Of a stretch of 64,000 nucleotides of DNA, positions 1 to 9,387 are shown piece after piece. This stretch comes from a virus. The notes below the pieces were generated by a model that was not told the DNA's origin, did not search any database, and saw only the letters and a program-made list of their open reading frames with translations. Each line of letters starts with the position of its first letter. Positions within the stretch are counted from its first letter, which is position 1. The stretch lies in the IMG/VR virus record IMGVR_UViG_3300035670_000141, positions 1-64,000 of that record. One strand, given 5' to 3'. The position numbers and the translations under genes were made by a program.

Positions 1-69
1 CAATTGAATCCAGGTGAACGCTTTTGGCTCGGCACAATCAATGGTGAACGCAAAGCAGCGGTTAATTAA

Positions 70-582
70 ATGACAGTTCCACTTCCTGATTTAGATATTC
101 AATGGCGGCAAACTGCTGATATAAATGATCGCGAGTTGATCAGGACACATCTGAACTATCCAGCTTCAGATGCAAGTTTGACAATGATCATTCAACAAAT
201 GAATAGTGTTGCGGCGGTATCGCCCGAAACTGTAGCGCGTATTCAAGGTTGGTTGGATGAGATCATTGAATTAGAAGAAATTCAAGCGGATGCTGTACTT
301 GATGGTACTGCACATTTAAGTAATGCAAAAGAATATGAAGGTGTGATTCCTGGTACTATACCAACAAGAGATCAGCAACTAAGTCAAGCTGGTAAGTTGT
401 CTTGGGATACGAGCGTATTAAAAGCCCGTTATGTATTTGGTGAAGGTACGCGCAATACAGCACAAGGTCAGCGTGATGAACGTCGTGGATTGTTAGTTTC
501 TCGTATTGTACAAGCAGTTGGGATTCCATATAATAGCCATACGCTGTATGGCTATGGTGCGGCAACATTGATCAGGGGATAA
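70..582 (+). CDS. hypothetical phage protein, possibly a head-tail adaptor
   Basis: 170-aa ORF next to head genes; no recognised motif. Confidence 0.5.
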   Translation: MTVPLPDLDIQWRQTADINDRELIRTHLNYPASDASLTMIIQQMNSVAAVSPETVARIQGWLDEIIELEEIQADAVLDGTAHLSNAKEYEGVIPGTIPTRDQQLSQAGKLSWDTSVLKARYVFGEGTRNTAQGQRDERRGLLVSRIVQAVGIPYNSHTLYGYGAATLIRG

Positions 583-872
583 TCTTTCTTCCTGTTGAAA
601 CAATAGTAGTACGCTGTCCACAGGGCTTTAGTTTCTGTGCAAAAATCAAGCCATTCTTGTTTTGTTAATTTCATGATTCGCAGGGGCGAAGGGAAATTGT
701 AACACTATTGGCGGCATTAGAAGGACTTGAATGTCACAAGTTATTGGATGACCGGTTTCAATTTGCATAATAGAAAGCTGACTTAAACAATGCACATCAT
801 AGCGCCATGCCGCAACCATAGTTACTTTGTAACAAAATCGGGAAAAATGTAACAAGTTCTAGGATTTACTTC

Positions 873-2018
873 ATGGCACGCGGCGGCAGGGGAGGTAGGC
901 GACGGACGCAGTATGTTCGTGATGCGCAAGGGCAGTTCGCGAGCACCCCTGGCGGCAAAAAGGCAACCCCTAGCGCCGTCAGGAAGGCTGCCAAGGCCGC
1001 TGCGGTGAAGGGTGGCACATTAGCCGCTAGAACCTCACTGAAGAAATCTAGGGCTAAACTAGCCAGCTTTGATAAAGCAGATCAAACTATTCAATCTACA
1101 TTATCTAAGCGTGCACAAAAAGGTGCAGTAACAAGGGGTAACAAGAATTTAGCTAAAGCTCTAAAGTCAAATAGAACAAGACTTATTGGCGTTAAGCCTA
1201 ATGCAAATACAATTAAGAAAAACCGCCCTGCTTCATTAGCTTATGTCACAAAAAGTGTAAATCGCGCGATATTATCCGGCGATCCTCAACGCGCACAAGG
1301 CGACAAATCACCAGCAAAGAAAAGAATTAGCGCTGTATCGAAAGCCAACACAATCAAGAAGAAGCGCACGCCTGTAATGGAAGCCAGGCCATTGCAAAAA
1401 CCAGCCTCTCAGCGTCCGGGCTCAATGACTTCAGTATTGCGAGGCACAATGCAAGCTCTGGCTCAAGCTGACGCAAGACGTATCAGAGATATTGAGTCAA
1501 TTACAGGGCAAAAAGTTAAGTCACCTAGGAGTCGTAAAGCTACTACAGATGCTGGTGATCGTGTTAGAAAAACAGCTAAAGGTGGTAAGGTTTCTGATAC
1601 CTTACGCGCTGGTCTTCGTGAGTTAGCACAATCTGATGCTCGCACCATGCGGGAAATGTCAAAAATCATGAAGGATGCGACGCCTAAGGTGAGTGGAGGG
1701 AAAGGAAAGGATAAGCTCAAGGAAACCGCAAAACCTAAATTGAACCGCACACCAAAAACAAAATCTGACATATTAAGACAAACTCAAAGAATTATTGAAA
1801 AGGCAAGTGCTAAAAAAGAGAAATCTCTATACGCACACGTTGAGTTCAAGAACGAAAAACGAATTAAAAATGCTACGAAGATTAGAGAAGCGATATTTAA
1901 CCCACCAAAGCAAAAAAAACAAAAACGAGATCCGTCGCGCCCCACCAGTAAACAGCTTGCAGTACGAAGATGGCATTCATCCATGGACGCATGGAATAGG
2001 GCTCAAAGAATGATCTAA
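873..2018 (+). CDS. Lys/Arg-rich protein with conserved MARGG...RDAQGQF N-terminal module (paralogue 1)
   Basis: First 47 aa identical to the protein at 31720..32775; late-promoter motif at 839-848. Confidence 0.8.
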   Translation: MARGGRGGRRRTQYVRDAQGQFASTPGGKKATPSAVRKAAKAAAVKGGTLAARTSLKKSRAKLASFDKADQTIQSTLSKRAQKGAVTRGNKNLAKALKSNRTRLIGVKPNANTIKKNRPASLAYVTKSVNRAILSGDPQRAQGDKSPAKKRISAVSKANTIKKKRTPVMEARPLQKPASQRPGSMTSVLRGTMQALAQADARRIRDIESITGQKVKSPRSRKATTDAGDRVRKTAKGGKVSDTLRAGLRELAQSDARTMREMSKIMKDATPKVSGGKGKDKLKETAKPKLNRTPKTKSDILRQTQRIIEKASAKKEKSLYAHVEFKNEKRIKNATKIREAIFNPPKQKKQKRDPSRPTSKQLAVRRWHSSMDAWNRAQRMI

Positions 2019-2046
2019 AAAGCAAAAAGCCCGGTTAACCCGGGCC
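2017..2046. terminator. hairpin/terminator between convergent genes
   Basis: GCCCGG-TTAAC-CCGGGC stem flanked by an A-tract (U-tract on the minus strand). Confidence 0.55.
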
Positions 2047-2073
2047 ATTGCTGCTAATTGAGCCTGGTGATAA

Positions 2074-2301
2074 TCAACTTGCGTCAGTTAAGTCGATCCC
2101 TACAATCCTCAGATCATCGCGATTCATGCCGATAATTTCCATCTCATGAAGTGCATGCACAGCAGACTCGTAGGTATCAAACAACAAATCATCAGGGCTA
2201 AATGCTTGAAAATAATCAGTTGCTCCTGAATGACGATCCAGCCACGTATCACCATGCTTGTATTGCAATTCAAATTGTTTGTTGAGTTGAGCGGTTGCCA
2301 T
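2074..2301 (-). CDS. small hypothetical protein
   Basis: ATG at 2301 (MATAQLNK) preceded by a GAGA hairpin, a -10-like TAGTAT and an HLR1-like box. Confidence 0.6.
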   Translation of the reverse strand: MATAQLNKQFELQYKHGDTWLDRHSGATDYFQAFSPDDLLFDTYESAVHALHEMEIIGMNRDDLRIVGIDLTDAS

Positions 2302-2413
2302 TTTAGTTTCAGGTAATGGATGGGTCTCCCCATGACCAAATACTACCCCACTGCACTGCACCCCCGGAAAAATGAAACAAGTTGTAACATAGACAGATCA
2401 ACAGCAGGTAATC

Positions 2414-4309
2414 ATGGCTACCATAGGTGATCAACAACTAAGGCTATCTGATGATTATGCTGAAGCATTAGACGTGCTAAGCAATCGTGCAGTAGATAAT
2501 ACAAAAGCAGCTTTGCTGCGTTCGTTAAAGCGTACTCTTAAAGATTTGCGTAGATATTATGTTGATTTTATCAATCCTGAACTAAAGCGTACAGAATCAG
2601 CCGATGGCGTGATGCGTCGTCCGATGGCATATTCTATCGCAGATAGCAATGCAAAATTAACTGAACTATTGAAAATTGCGCAATCATATTTCCCGGAAGA
2701 AGACCTAAAGCGCATCACAGCACAATACAAGAAAGATTTTGCTGAAGCAATACAACTCGGCGGTGATTTAGGTGCAGAATTAGCACAACTCATCAGCCCA
2801 GAAAATAAAGGCAATGGAATGTTTGTTGGCGCAAGTAAAGAAGCTGTTGTCGCGGCAGCTAATACAGCATCAGCTTACATCCGCCGTGAAGTTGAAACTT
2901 TTCGTGATGATATTGCACGCATTGTGCAAGATGGCATCGGTCGCGGAAAGGGTTCTAAATCACTAGAGCAAGACATCAGAGTTGCCTTGCTAGGTGCCAA
3001 AGATCCAAACAAGATCACGCCTCAGCTAGGTCTTCTACGTCGCGCAGAATTGATCGCACGTTCAGAACTGGCCAATGCTTATACAAATGCGCAAAAGCAA
3101 GCCGCCCAACGTAATGGGTATAAGTACGGTAGGTTTATTGCAACACAAGACGAAAGGACTTGTCAATACTGCGCATCAAGACATGGTAGGATATATTTGT
3201 TGAGTGAAATGACTGGTACTTTGCACCCCAGATGCGTCTTGGGTGATACAAAGGTTTCCCCTGGGCCTTTCTCTGCGGTTATGCGCGGCTGGTACCGGGG
3301 CAACATCGTAACCATAAGACTTGATGATGGGAGCAGCCAATCCGTCACCGGTCATCACCCAGTGTTGACGACTGATGGAATCAAGCCCGCTTGCGCTCTC
3401 AGCAAGGGTGATAATTTGATTGGTGATCGCATTAATGTCCTCTCTGATTCCTGCTCTGAACCAGACTTCCACCAGGTGCCAGCCTGCGCCGAGAACATAT
3501 TTGCGGCGCTTGTTCAATCTGGCGCCATGCCTGCCGTAAGCGTGCCAGTTTCCCCCTTGGATCTCCACGGCGATGGAGTGTGTATTGATGGCAAGATCGA
3601 GATTGTAAGGTCCACAAGCCTTCTCGAAGGTTACTGGAAAACCGCGACAGGCAAGAATGCTGGCGAGGGCAATAGCGCGAGTCGATACATGGCTTTTAGA
3701 CAGTTCTCTACCTTGCGCCTGCCTGATCTGACGATCCTCGGGCTGGGGGGTGCCGCGTGTGGCAGCATGAGCATTCTGAGTGAGGCGCAATCTGTCCTCG
3801 CGGGAGGATTGAGCCATGCGGAGATACATAGAATCACTACGTCCGCGTGGCGTAATCCCTCGCTCACGCAACCTGTTGTCAATGACACTTCGACTAACAA
3901 AAAATTGCTCGGCAAGTGCTTTGACGCTTTTCCCGGACTCGTACAGACTCACAATATCATCGACATTCAGATGAGCGAATTTTCTGGTCATGTTTACAGT
4001 TTTGAAACATTTTGTGGCTACTATTATACAGGATCCCAGTCAAGGATCGTTAACCAAAATTGCCGATGCAGTCTATCTCCAGTATCTGATCTTGCAGTAG
4101 AAGAAACTGATCCAGACTTGCGGCGTGAATTATTAAGAGAAGACTTCTGGGAAAAAGAACGAAGTAATGTATGGCAGAAATTTGCTGATACAAAACAATG
4201 GCCATTTGATAAGGCTTCTAAAGTATTAGAAGAGCACTTAAAAAAACCATCTGCTAGTGAAAAGCGGCTTTATCCTGATATAAAAGAAGCACCTAGGCCT
4301 GTCGTATGA
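2414..4309 (+). CDS. MuF/SPP1 gp7-like minor head protein interrupted by an intein
   Basis: RAELIARSE, DERTCQYCASRHG, and the HPR|CRC motif split by a Hint domain. Confidence 0.9.
   Translation: MATIGDQQLRLSDDYAEALDVLSNRAVDNTKAALLRSLKRTLKDLRRYYVDFINPELKRTESADGVMRRPMAYSIADSNAKLTELLKIAQSYFPEEDLKRITAQYKKDFAEAIQLGGDLGAELAQLISPENKGNGMFVGASKEAVVAAANTASAYIRREVETFRDDIARIVQDGIGRGKGSKSLEQDIRVALLGAKDPNKITPQLGLLRRAELIARSELANAYTNAQKQAAQRNGYKYGRFIATQDERTCQYCASRHGRIYLLSEMTGTLHPRCVLGDTKVSPGPFSAVMRGWYRGNIVTIRLDDGSSQSVTGHHPVLTTDGIKPACALSKGDNLIGDRINVLSDSCSEPDFHQVPACAENIFAALVQSGAMPAVSVPVSPLDLHGDGVCIDGKIEIVRSTSLLEGYWKTATGKNAGEGNSASRYMAFRQFSTLRLPDLTILGLGGAACGSMSILSEAQSVLAGGLSHAEIHRITTSAWRNPSLTQPVVNDTSTNKKLLGKCFDAFPGLVQTHNIIDIQMSEFSGHVYSFETFCGYYYTGSQSRIVNQNCRCSLSPVSDLAVEETDPDLRRELLREDFWEKERSNVWQKFADTKQWPFDKASKVLEEHLKKPSASEKRLYPDIKEAPRPVV
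3176..3991 (-). CDS. HTH + DUF559/Vsr-like PD-(D/E)XK endonuclease encoded antisense to the intein
   Basis: N-terminal HTH (IVSLYESGKSVKALAEQFFVSRSVIDNRL); nuclease motif EKACGPYNLDLA...IAVEIQGGNWH...GWHLVEVW. Confidence 0.75.
   Translation of the reverse strand: MTRKFAHLNVDDIVSLYESGKSVKALAEQFFVSRSVIDNRLRERGITPRGRSDSMYLRMAQSSREDRLRLTQNAHAATRGTPQPEDRQIRQAQGRELSKSHVSTRAIALASILACRGFPVTFEKACGPYNLDLAINTHSIAVEIQGGNWHAYGRHGARLNKRRKYVLGAGWHLVEVWFRAGIREDINAITNQIITLAESASGLDSISRQHWVMTGDGLAAPIIKSYGYDVAPVPAAHNRRERPRGNLCITQDASGVQSTSHFTQQIYPTMS
3233..4060 (+). mobile_element. intein (276 aa) in MuF
   Basis: Starts CVLGDTKV, block B TGHHPVLT, block F FSGHVYSFET, ends NQN followed by Cys+1; excision restores HPRCRC. 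Confidence 0.88.
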
Positions 4310-4405
4310 TTGTTGCAGATCATTAAGCCTGACCATTCTTGGTCGCTGTCGCGGTAGTATATGAAGGCCAAGGCACTCCAGCACTGGCTTTTAGCTCTCG
4401 CAAAA

Positions 4406-4678
4406 ATGGAATCAACTCCTCTCAAAACAGGTGATCGCGCTGTTGTTGTCGTTGATCGCGGATGGATCTTTGCTGGTGATTTAACCATCAACGAAGATTG
4501 CTTCATCTTGTCTCGCACGGTTCATGTATTTTCATGGAATCGAATCGGCTTTAATGGCATGATTGCAAATCCTAAATCTACTGATGTTGACCTACGGCCA
4601 ATGGAACAACTGATTGAAGTACCCAAAAAATCAATCATCTTTTCTGTGCCGGTTGATCAAAACTGGGGGCTTAATTAG
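4406..4678 (+). CDS. small beta-rich phage protein of the type usually found upstream of GYG-repeat genes (DUF6948-like)
   Basis: AVVVVDRGWIFAGDL...VFSW motif; genomic context. Confidence 0.55.
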   Translation: MESTPLKTGDRAVVVVDRGWIFAGDLTINEDCFILSRTVHVFSWNRIGFNGMIANPKSTDVDLRPMEQLIEVPKKSIIFSVPVDQNWGLN

Positions 4679-4735
4679 CCTGGCGACGTAGTTCTTGGCC
4701 ATCACTTATGTGGTGGCCTTAATTTAATTTTTATC

Positions 4736-5011
4736 ATGCCTGATCTATTCTTTTTTGCCGTCAAAAGTGATGGCTATGGCGATGGCAATGGCTATGGTTT
4801 TGGCGATAACTATGGCTATGGCAATGGCTGTGGTGATGGCTTTGGCTATGGCTTTGGATGGGGCGATGGCGATGGCTATGGTTTTGGCGATAACTATAGC
4901 TATGGCAATGGCAGTGGTGATGGCTTTGGCTATGGCTTTGGATGGGATGATGGCGATGGCTTTGGCTTTGGTGATAACTATGGTTATAGTTGCGGAGGTA
5001 ATGGATGGTAA
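4736..5011 (+). CDS. Gly/Tyr/Asp-rich repeat protein 1
   Basis: Leader MPDLFFFAVKS followed by (G-X)n repeats. Confidence 0.6.
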   Translation: MPDLFFFAVKSDGYGDGNGYGFGDNYGYGNGCGDGFGYGFGWGDGDGYGFGDNYSYGNGSGDGFGYGFGWDDGDGFGFGDNYGYSCGGNGW

Positions 5012-5025
5012 CCCCAAGAGTTTTT

Positions 5026-5238
5026 ATGCCTGAACTTTTCTTTTTAGCTTGCAAAAAGTCTAACTCTGGCGCTAGAAATGGCAATGGTTATGGCGATGGA
5101 CATGGCGATGGACATGGCGATGGCGATGGATATGGTTATGGATATGACAATGGCGATGGATATGGCGATGGATATGGTTATGGCTATGGATATGGTTATG
5201 GCGATGGCTATGGGCATGGCTATGGCGATGGTTATTAA
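5026..5238 (+). CDS. Gly/Tyr/Asp-rich repeat protein 2
   Basis: Leader MPELFFLACKKSN followed by (G-X)n repeats. Confidence 0.6.
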   Translation: MPELFFLACKKSNSGARNGNGYGDGHGDGHGDGDGYGYGYDNGDGYGDGYGYGYGYGYGDGYGHGYGDGY

Positions 5239-5258
5239 CAACAACCTTAGGAGTTTTT

Positions 5259-5549
5259 ATGCCTGAACTTTTCTTTTTTGCTTGCAAAAAGTCTAACTTT
5301 AGCCTTGACTATGGCAATGGTTATGGCTATGGATATGGCAATGGTTATGGCTATGGATATGGCAATGGTTATGGCTATGGCTGTGGTTATGGCGATGGAC
5401 ATGGCTATGGCGATGGCGATGGCTGTAACAATGGCTATGGATATGGTTGGGGATATGGATATTTTGGAGGCGAAGGTTTTGATTATGGCGACCCCTTTGA
5501 TGATTATGATCAAAAACTTTGGCTTTATGCTCTCTTCACTGACCAATGA
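5259..5549 (+). CDS. Gly/Tyr/Asp-rich repeat protein 3
   Basis: Leader MPELFFFACKKSN followed by (G-X)n repeats. Confidence 0.6.
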   Translation: MPELFFFACKKSNFSLDYGNGYGYGYGNGYGYGYGNGYGYGCGYGDGHGYGDGDGCNNGYGYGWGYGYFGGEGFDYGDPFDDYDQKLWLYALFTDQ

Positions 5550-5565
5550 AATTTATATTGCAAAA

Positions 5566-5754
5566 TTATTCCCTTGTTGGTGGATTAGCTAAAAACGTAC
5601 CGAATGCCCCTGCTGCGGTTAATGAATTAGCAGCAGCAAATCTCCACGCTTCAGAACATTGATTTGTTTTGCATGTTACCGCACCAAAACCACCGATTGC
5701 ACTAATCAATATGCAACCACAAAAGGCAATTTCAGTATATCTTTTTGGTGTCAT
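5566..5754 (-). CDS. small membrane protein (holin/spanin-like candidate)
   Basis: Two hydrophobic segments; overlaps the upstream stop codon. Confidence 0.5.
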   Translation of the reverse strand: MTPKRYTEIAFCGCILISAIGGFGAVTCKTNQCSEAWRFAAANSLTAAGAFGTFLANPPTRE

Positions 5755-6020
5755 TTGTTCCCACCAAGCTTGTAATTCATGAGTATAATATCTTTCTCAT
5801 GGTTTTTCACGGTAGTTTCTATCCTATCCACACGTAAAGTAAGGTTTCTTACTTCTATCAACCCTTCGCGTTGCTTATCGCTAAGTTCATTGAGTTGACT
5901 AGATATTTTAACAATTCCAGTGAAAATTGCACCTAAAGCTAGTAGAATTATACCAGATGTTAAGGGTTGATTGATAAAACGCCATGCTTGATTACCGCTT
6001 GGATCAGGTGTTGACGCCAT
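5751..6020 (-). CDS. TM + coiled-coil protein (lysis accessory candidate)
   Basis: One TM helix then a coiled coil; late motif at 6041-6050. Confidence 0.55.
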   Translation of the reverse strand: MASTPDPSGNQAWRFINQPLTSGIILLALGAIFTGIVKISSQLNELSDKQREGLIEVRNLTLRVDRIETTVKNHEKDIILMNYKLGGNK

Positions 6021-6194
6021 GGCTCACGCTTCGTTACTAAAGTTTTCCCGTAATTATACCTATTGACACTAGAGTAGCGCCTAAATTGTGTTATCACGCG
6101 GGTCGTTCATCATTTCCATGGCCTTGGATGTACGCTCGTTTGGAGGCTCTGGAGGCTGTGACATCGCGGGGTTTCGGGGGATCATAGCAATAGC

Positions 6195-7004
6195 TCAAAT
6201 AGTTGGCGGAGCCAATTTGAATGAATGCCCTACAGGCAACTTGCCTTGTATCCCGACATCATGCGCCAGATAACCCTCATAAATCTGCCTTTCGTTGGTT
6301 GATAGGTTGCCAGGGACAATGATTGATTGACCAACTAGCCAGGATGTATACCTGCCAAAGCTAGTATCACTGCCAATGTTTATTGAAAAAATGCCTAGTG
6401 TTTGGTTTAGCGGTGAAGGAACAACTAAAGTTCCATCCAAAACGCCATTAAAATATGTTGTGACGGATGTGTCTGTTATTTGCGCACAGAATAGGTTCGT
6501 TTCGTTCAACGTGACCGTTGCGGCGCCATTGCCATCATAACTGCTTTGAGTACCGTTTGCTCTCGTTAGATATAAGGCAGTCTTTCCATTTGATTTAATG
6601 AAATAACTCCATCCGGCTGTAGCGCCGGTGTTTCCAGTGTAGAATCCGAACATGGTATTGTAGGAATTTGTAAAGGCATTTAGTCTATTCACCTGGAATA
6701 CAGTTATCGGATAATCGTATGCCCATGCCTCAGGTACTCGCTGAAGCCTGTCATTTGATCCATCAAATGACATTGCGCTCTTGCCGTTAAAGCCTGTAGC
6801 GTTTTGCACTATTAACGGCTGTTGACCAGCCGTCGCAGACGTAAAGTGTCTCAGATTGCCGCTTAGATCGCGCACTTCACTTATAAAGTCATTTGTTGCA
6901 ATAATACTGGCCGGATCTGAGGGGTTTTGCCACAGGCTATTGGTGGCATTTGCTGGTGTCCATAATCCTCCTGCCGCCGCGCGATGTGGGATCCAGATCA
7001 CCAT
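6195..7004 (-). CDS. LamG/concanavalin-like tail-associated protein
   Basis: DLSGNLRH, FDGSND, YEGYLAH..G motifs typical of phage tail lectin modules; start codon overlaps the upstream TGA. Confidence 0.7.
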   Translation of the reverse strand: MVIWIPHRAAAGGLWTPANATNSLWQNPSDPASIIATNDFISEVRDLSGNLRHFTSATAGQQPLIVQNATGFNGKSAMSFDGSNDRLQRVPEAWAYDYPITVFQVNRLNAFTNSYNTMFGFYTGNTGATAGWSYFIKSNGKTALYLTRANGTQSSYDGNGAATVTLNETNLFCAQITDTSVTTYFNGVLDGTLVVPSPLNQTLGIFSINIGSDTSFGRYTSWLVGQSIIVPGNLSTNERQIYEGYLAHDVGIQGKLPVGHSFKLAPPTI

Positions 7005-7681
7005 CAGATGGCCGCCTCCCACGTCAGGGATTCGCGCTGCGGTGTTGCTGGATCATCAGGCAGGAACTGGCCATCCTCTGCCCTGGCTTGGACCACGACC
7101 CAGACCTGGCCATTTGCATCTGTCCAGGTCTGACCGGCGAACTGCGGCGGAGGTGGTGGGAGCAAAGAGTAGATAGCCGCCATGTGATTCTGACTCAGGA
7201 GCATTTGAAGCTCCGCCACGCCCTCAGGAGTAACTAGGTTTTGCAGTTTTTCCATCAAAAACCATATCGCCGCTTGTATAGCTGTTCTGTTTTCTCTGTT
7301 TATCATTGCATTGAGAATGGCGCTAACAAATATCGTCATCGCCGCACTTTGATCGCCTGATTTTCCGGGTGTATTAACCACCTGGAAGTACACATTGCTC
7401 GTAATTAGCCCATCGTAAAAACCCTGATAGTTTGGCTCTGGCGGTACAATAGTTCGATCGCGCACATCCCAGCCCCAAACCCATTGGTCGCCTTCTTCGT
7501 CGATCGTCCGCACGGAGACCAGCTCCTGCAGGTCTGGATTTTCAATCTCTGGCTCAGGTAACTGCACGATCTCCAGAACCCGCCAGGGGGGATCTTGAAG
7601 GCCGATGACTGGCCCAGCGTCGGTTCGGGGGTAGGACCGGATCTCCTGCGTTTCGCGGTTCCACAAAACTTTGGTTGTCAT
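7004..7681 (-). CDS. tail-fibre-associated protein with C-terminal RAEDGQFLPDDPATP motif
   Basis: Coupled to the fibre gene; shares a motif with 9757..10023. Confidence 0.6.
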   Translation of the reverse strand: MTTKVLWNRETQEIRSYPRTDAGPVIGLQDPPWRVLEIVQLPEPEIENPDLQELVSVRTIDEEGDQWVWGWDVRDRTIVPPEPNYQGFYDGLITSNVYFQVVNTPGKSGDQSAAMTIFVSAILNAMINRENRTAIQAAIWFLMEKLQNLVTPEGVAELQMLLSQNHMAAIYSLLPPPPPQFAGQTWTDANGQVWVVVQARAEDGQFLPDDPATPQRESLTWEAAI

Positions 7682-9387
7682 GATGCCCTCCGAACATCAG
7701 TAGAATAATGCAACTCAACTCCACCACTCGTCCCGGCTTGTGTCAGATGAAAACTGAGCACAGATTGAGCAGGTATAAGGTTTCCACTTGCAATAAAGGC
7801 TGTAGAGAATACAGCAGGCACGGCGGCGGTTGCACTGCTGTTTTCTGTTGCGTCGATTGTCGGCAGTGTTTGAAAGATTGACGTACCATTGATTCTTATA
7901 TCAAACTGCATTGCTGCTCCTATTGGCGCAACTTTGGCAGACCAAACCCCAGTCTCAAGCAGTGTGAAATTTTTTGGCCAATACTGAACAGTTCTAAGCG
8001 TTTTTGGTGTTGTATTTGCTGTATCTTGGTCGCTCAGTTCAACTATCAGCGCTTCAGGTTGAAACTGGTGCGCGTGATCTGCCGGGGCCGCCTGATCAGA
8101 GCTGCCAGCGGCAGCCGTGGCCGCCAGATTCGCGGGCGCCTGTGCGCTCAGTGCCAGGTCGGAAGTGCCCGCCCCGATCGCCCCCCGCGCCGCCGCATCG
8201 TCAACCGCTCCCACCACTGCCCGGCCCACAGAGGAGCTAACCGTCTGCCACCACGCTTCCACAGCCTGCCGCACGCGCAGGGCCGTCATTCCCCGCCGTG
8301 TTGTTGCCGTCCCCTCCTCGGCTTCAGCCTGCGAAATAGTCTCCGCAGTCCATTCCCGCGCATCTGTTAATCGAGGATCGTCAGTTGTAACCGCCCCCAC
8401 GTCCGAAGGTGTTAGTAATGAATTTCTCCATAATCCATCTGATGACAATACTAAAGTGGGTCTAGGCGCACCAACCGCAGGTGGGCTTCCCGTAATCAAT
8501 ACATCATGCAATTCATTTAATTCTTGCCCATTATCAACCTTGACATAAATAGCGCCACTCGTGCCGGGTCCCTTCTTTTTGCACCATCCTAATATAACGC
8601 CATGCGCAGGTGGTACTGGTCTAACACTTGTTGTTTGCCCAGTGGTTTCAGATAAAAAGATAAGTCCACCTTCAACAAGGTGATCTGTATTTATACCGCT
8701 AAGTTCACCTTCGGTTAAAACAAATCCATTTGAATTATGATCAATATCTGACTCAGTAAATCCTAACGTATTTGCTGCGGTTGACTCTTCTGATGCATCA
8801 GCTAATGCGATCAATAAAGTTTCTCCAGATGATCCAGGAGATGGAACACGAACAACAGATCCCTTCGGTATAAGCGTTCCGGTTGTATTTCTTGCTGGCT
8901 CTCTTGTTTTTGTTGCTACATCTACCGTAATAGAATCAAGTTTTGCCTTATCGGTACTGGACTGCAATCCCGATACCAATGATGTAGCCAGAGGAAGTGT
9001 TACATCATCTCCAGTGCTGCTAGATAGCAGCCTAGTATCTGGATTATAGGTTAAATTTGTCCCCGCCGAACCAGATGCAACTAATGCACCATTTACAATA
9101 GATAATCCAGTTCCAATTGCAACCCTAACAAGCGCACCATTAGTGCCAGATGTTACAATGCCAACATCTTGATTTGCAAGACTAGATAAGGTTAATCCAG
9201 CGAATGTAGGCGAATCTGCGATACCTAAAGCTTGTGGCAGTCCAACTTGTTCTAGTTGGATTAACTTATACAAATAAGGTGTGTTGCCATCTTTTACTAC
9301 TGCATAATTTGCAAGACCAACCCCTGAAGGCAGCCCTATCCCAGGCGGCCCCGGTATTGCTACGTTCACTACAGCAGGGCAACTCAT
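7678..9387 (-). CDS. tail fibre protein
   Basis: GLQSSTDKAKLD, NGQELNELHDV, DPRLTDAREW and ADHAH fibre modules. Confidence 0.75.
   Translation of the reverse strand: MSCPAVVNVAIPGPPGIGLPSGVGLANYAVVKDGNTPYLYKLIQLEQVGLPQALGIADSPTFAGLTLSSLANQDVGIVTSGTNGALVRVAIGTGLSIVNGALVASGSAGTNLTYNPDTRLLSSSTGDDVTLPLATSLVSGLQSSTDKAKLDSITVDVATKTREPARNTTGTLIPKGSVVRVPSPGSSGETLLIALADASEESTAANTLGFTESDIDHNSNGFVLTEGELSGINTDHLVEGGLIFLSETTGQTTSVRPVPPAHGVILGWCKKKGPGTSGAIYVKVDNGQELNELHDVLITGSPPAVGAPRPTLVLSSDGLWRNSLLTPSDVGAVTTDDPRLTDAREWTAETISQAEAEEGTATTRRGMTALRVRQAVEAWWQTVSSSVGRAVVGAVDDAAARGAIGAGTSDLALSAQAPANLAATAAAGSSDQAAPADHAHQFQPEALIVELSDQDTANTTPKTLRTVQYWPKNFTLLETGVWSAKVAPIGAAMQFDIRINGTSIFQTLPTIDATENSSATAAVPAVFSTAFIASGNLIPAQSVLSFHLTQAGTSGGVELHYSTDVRRAS

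Noticed and set aside
4736..5549. Possible CRISPR array (repeat plus variable segments)
   Set aside because: The units are 230-290 nt coding sequences, not 25-45 nt repeats with unique spacers. No cas genes are present.
4745..5592. MAMAM-, IAIAI- and HSHRH-type ORFs overlapping the GYG repeats
   Set aside because: They are alternative-frame shadows of the 6-nt repeats. Only the Gly frame has the conserved leader in all three copies.
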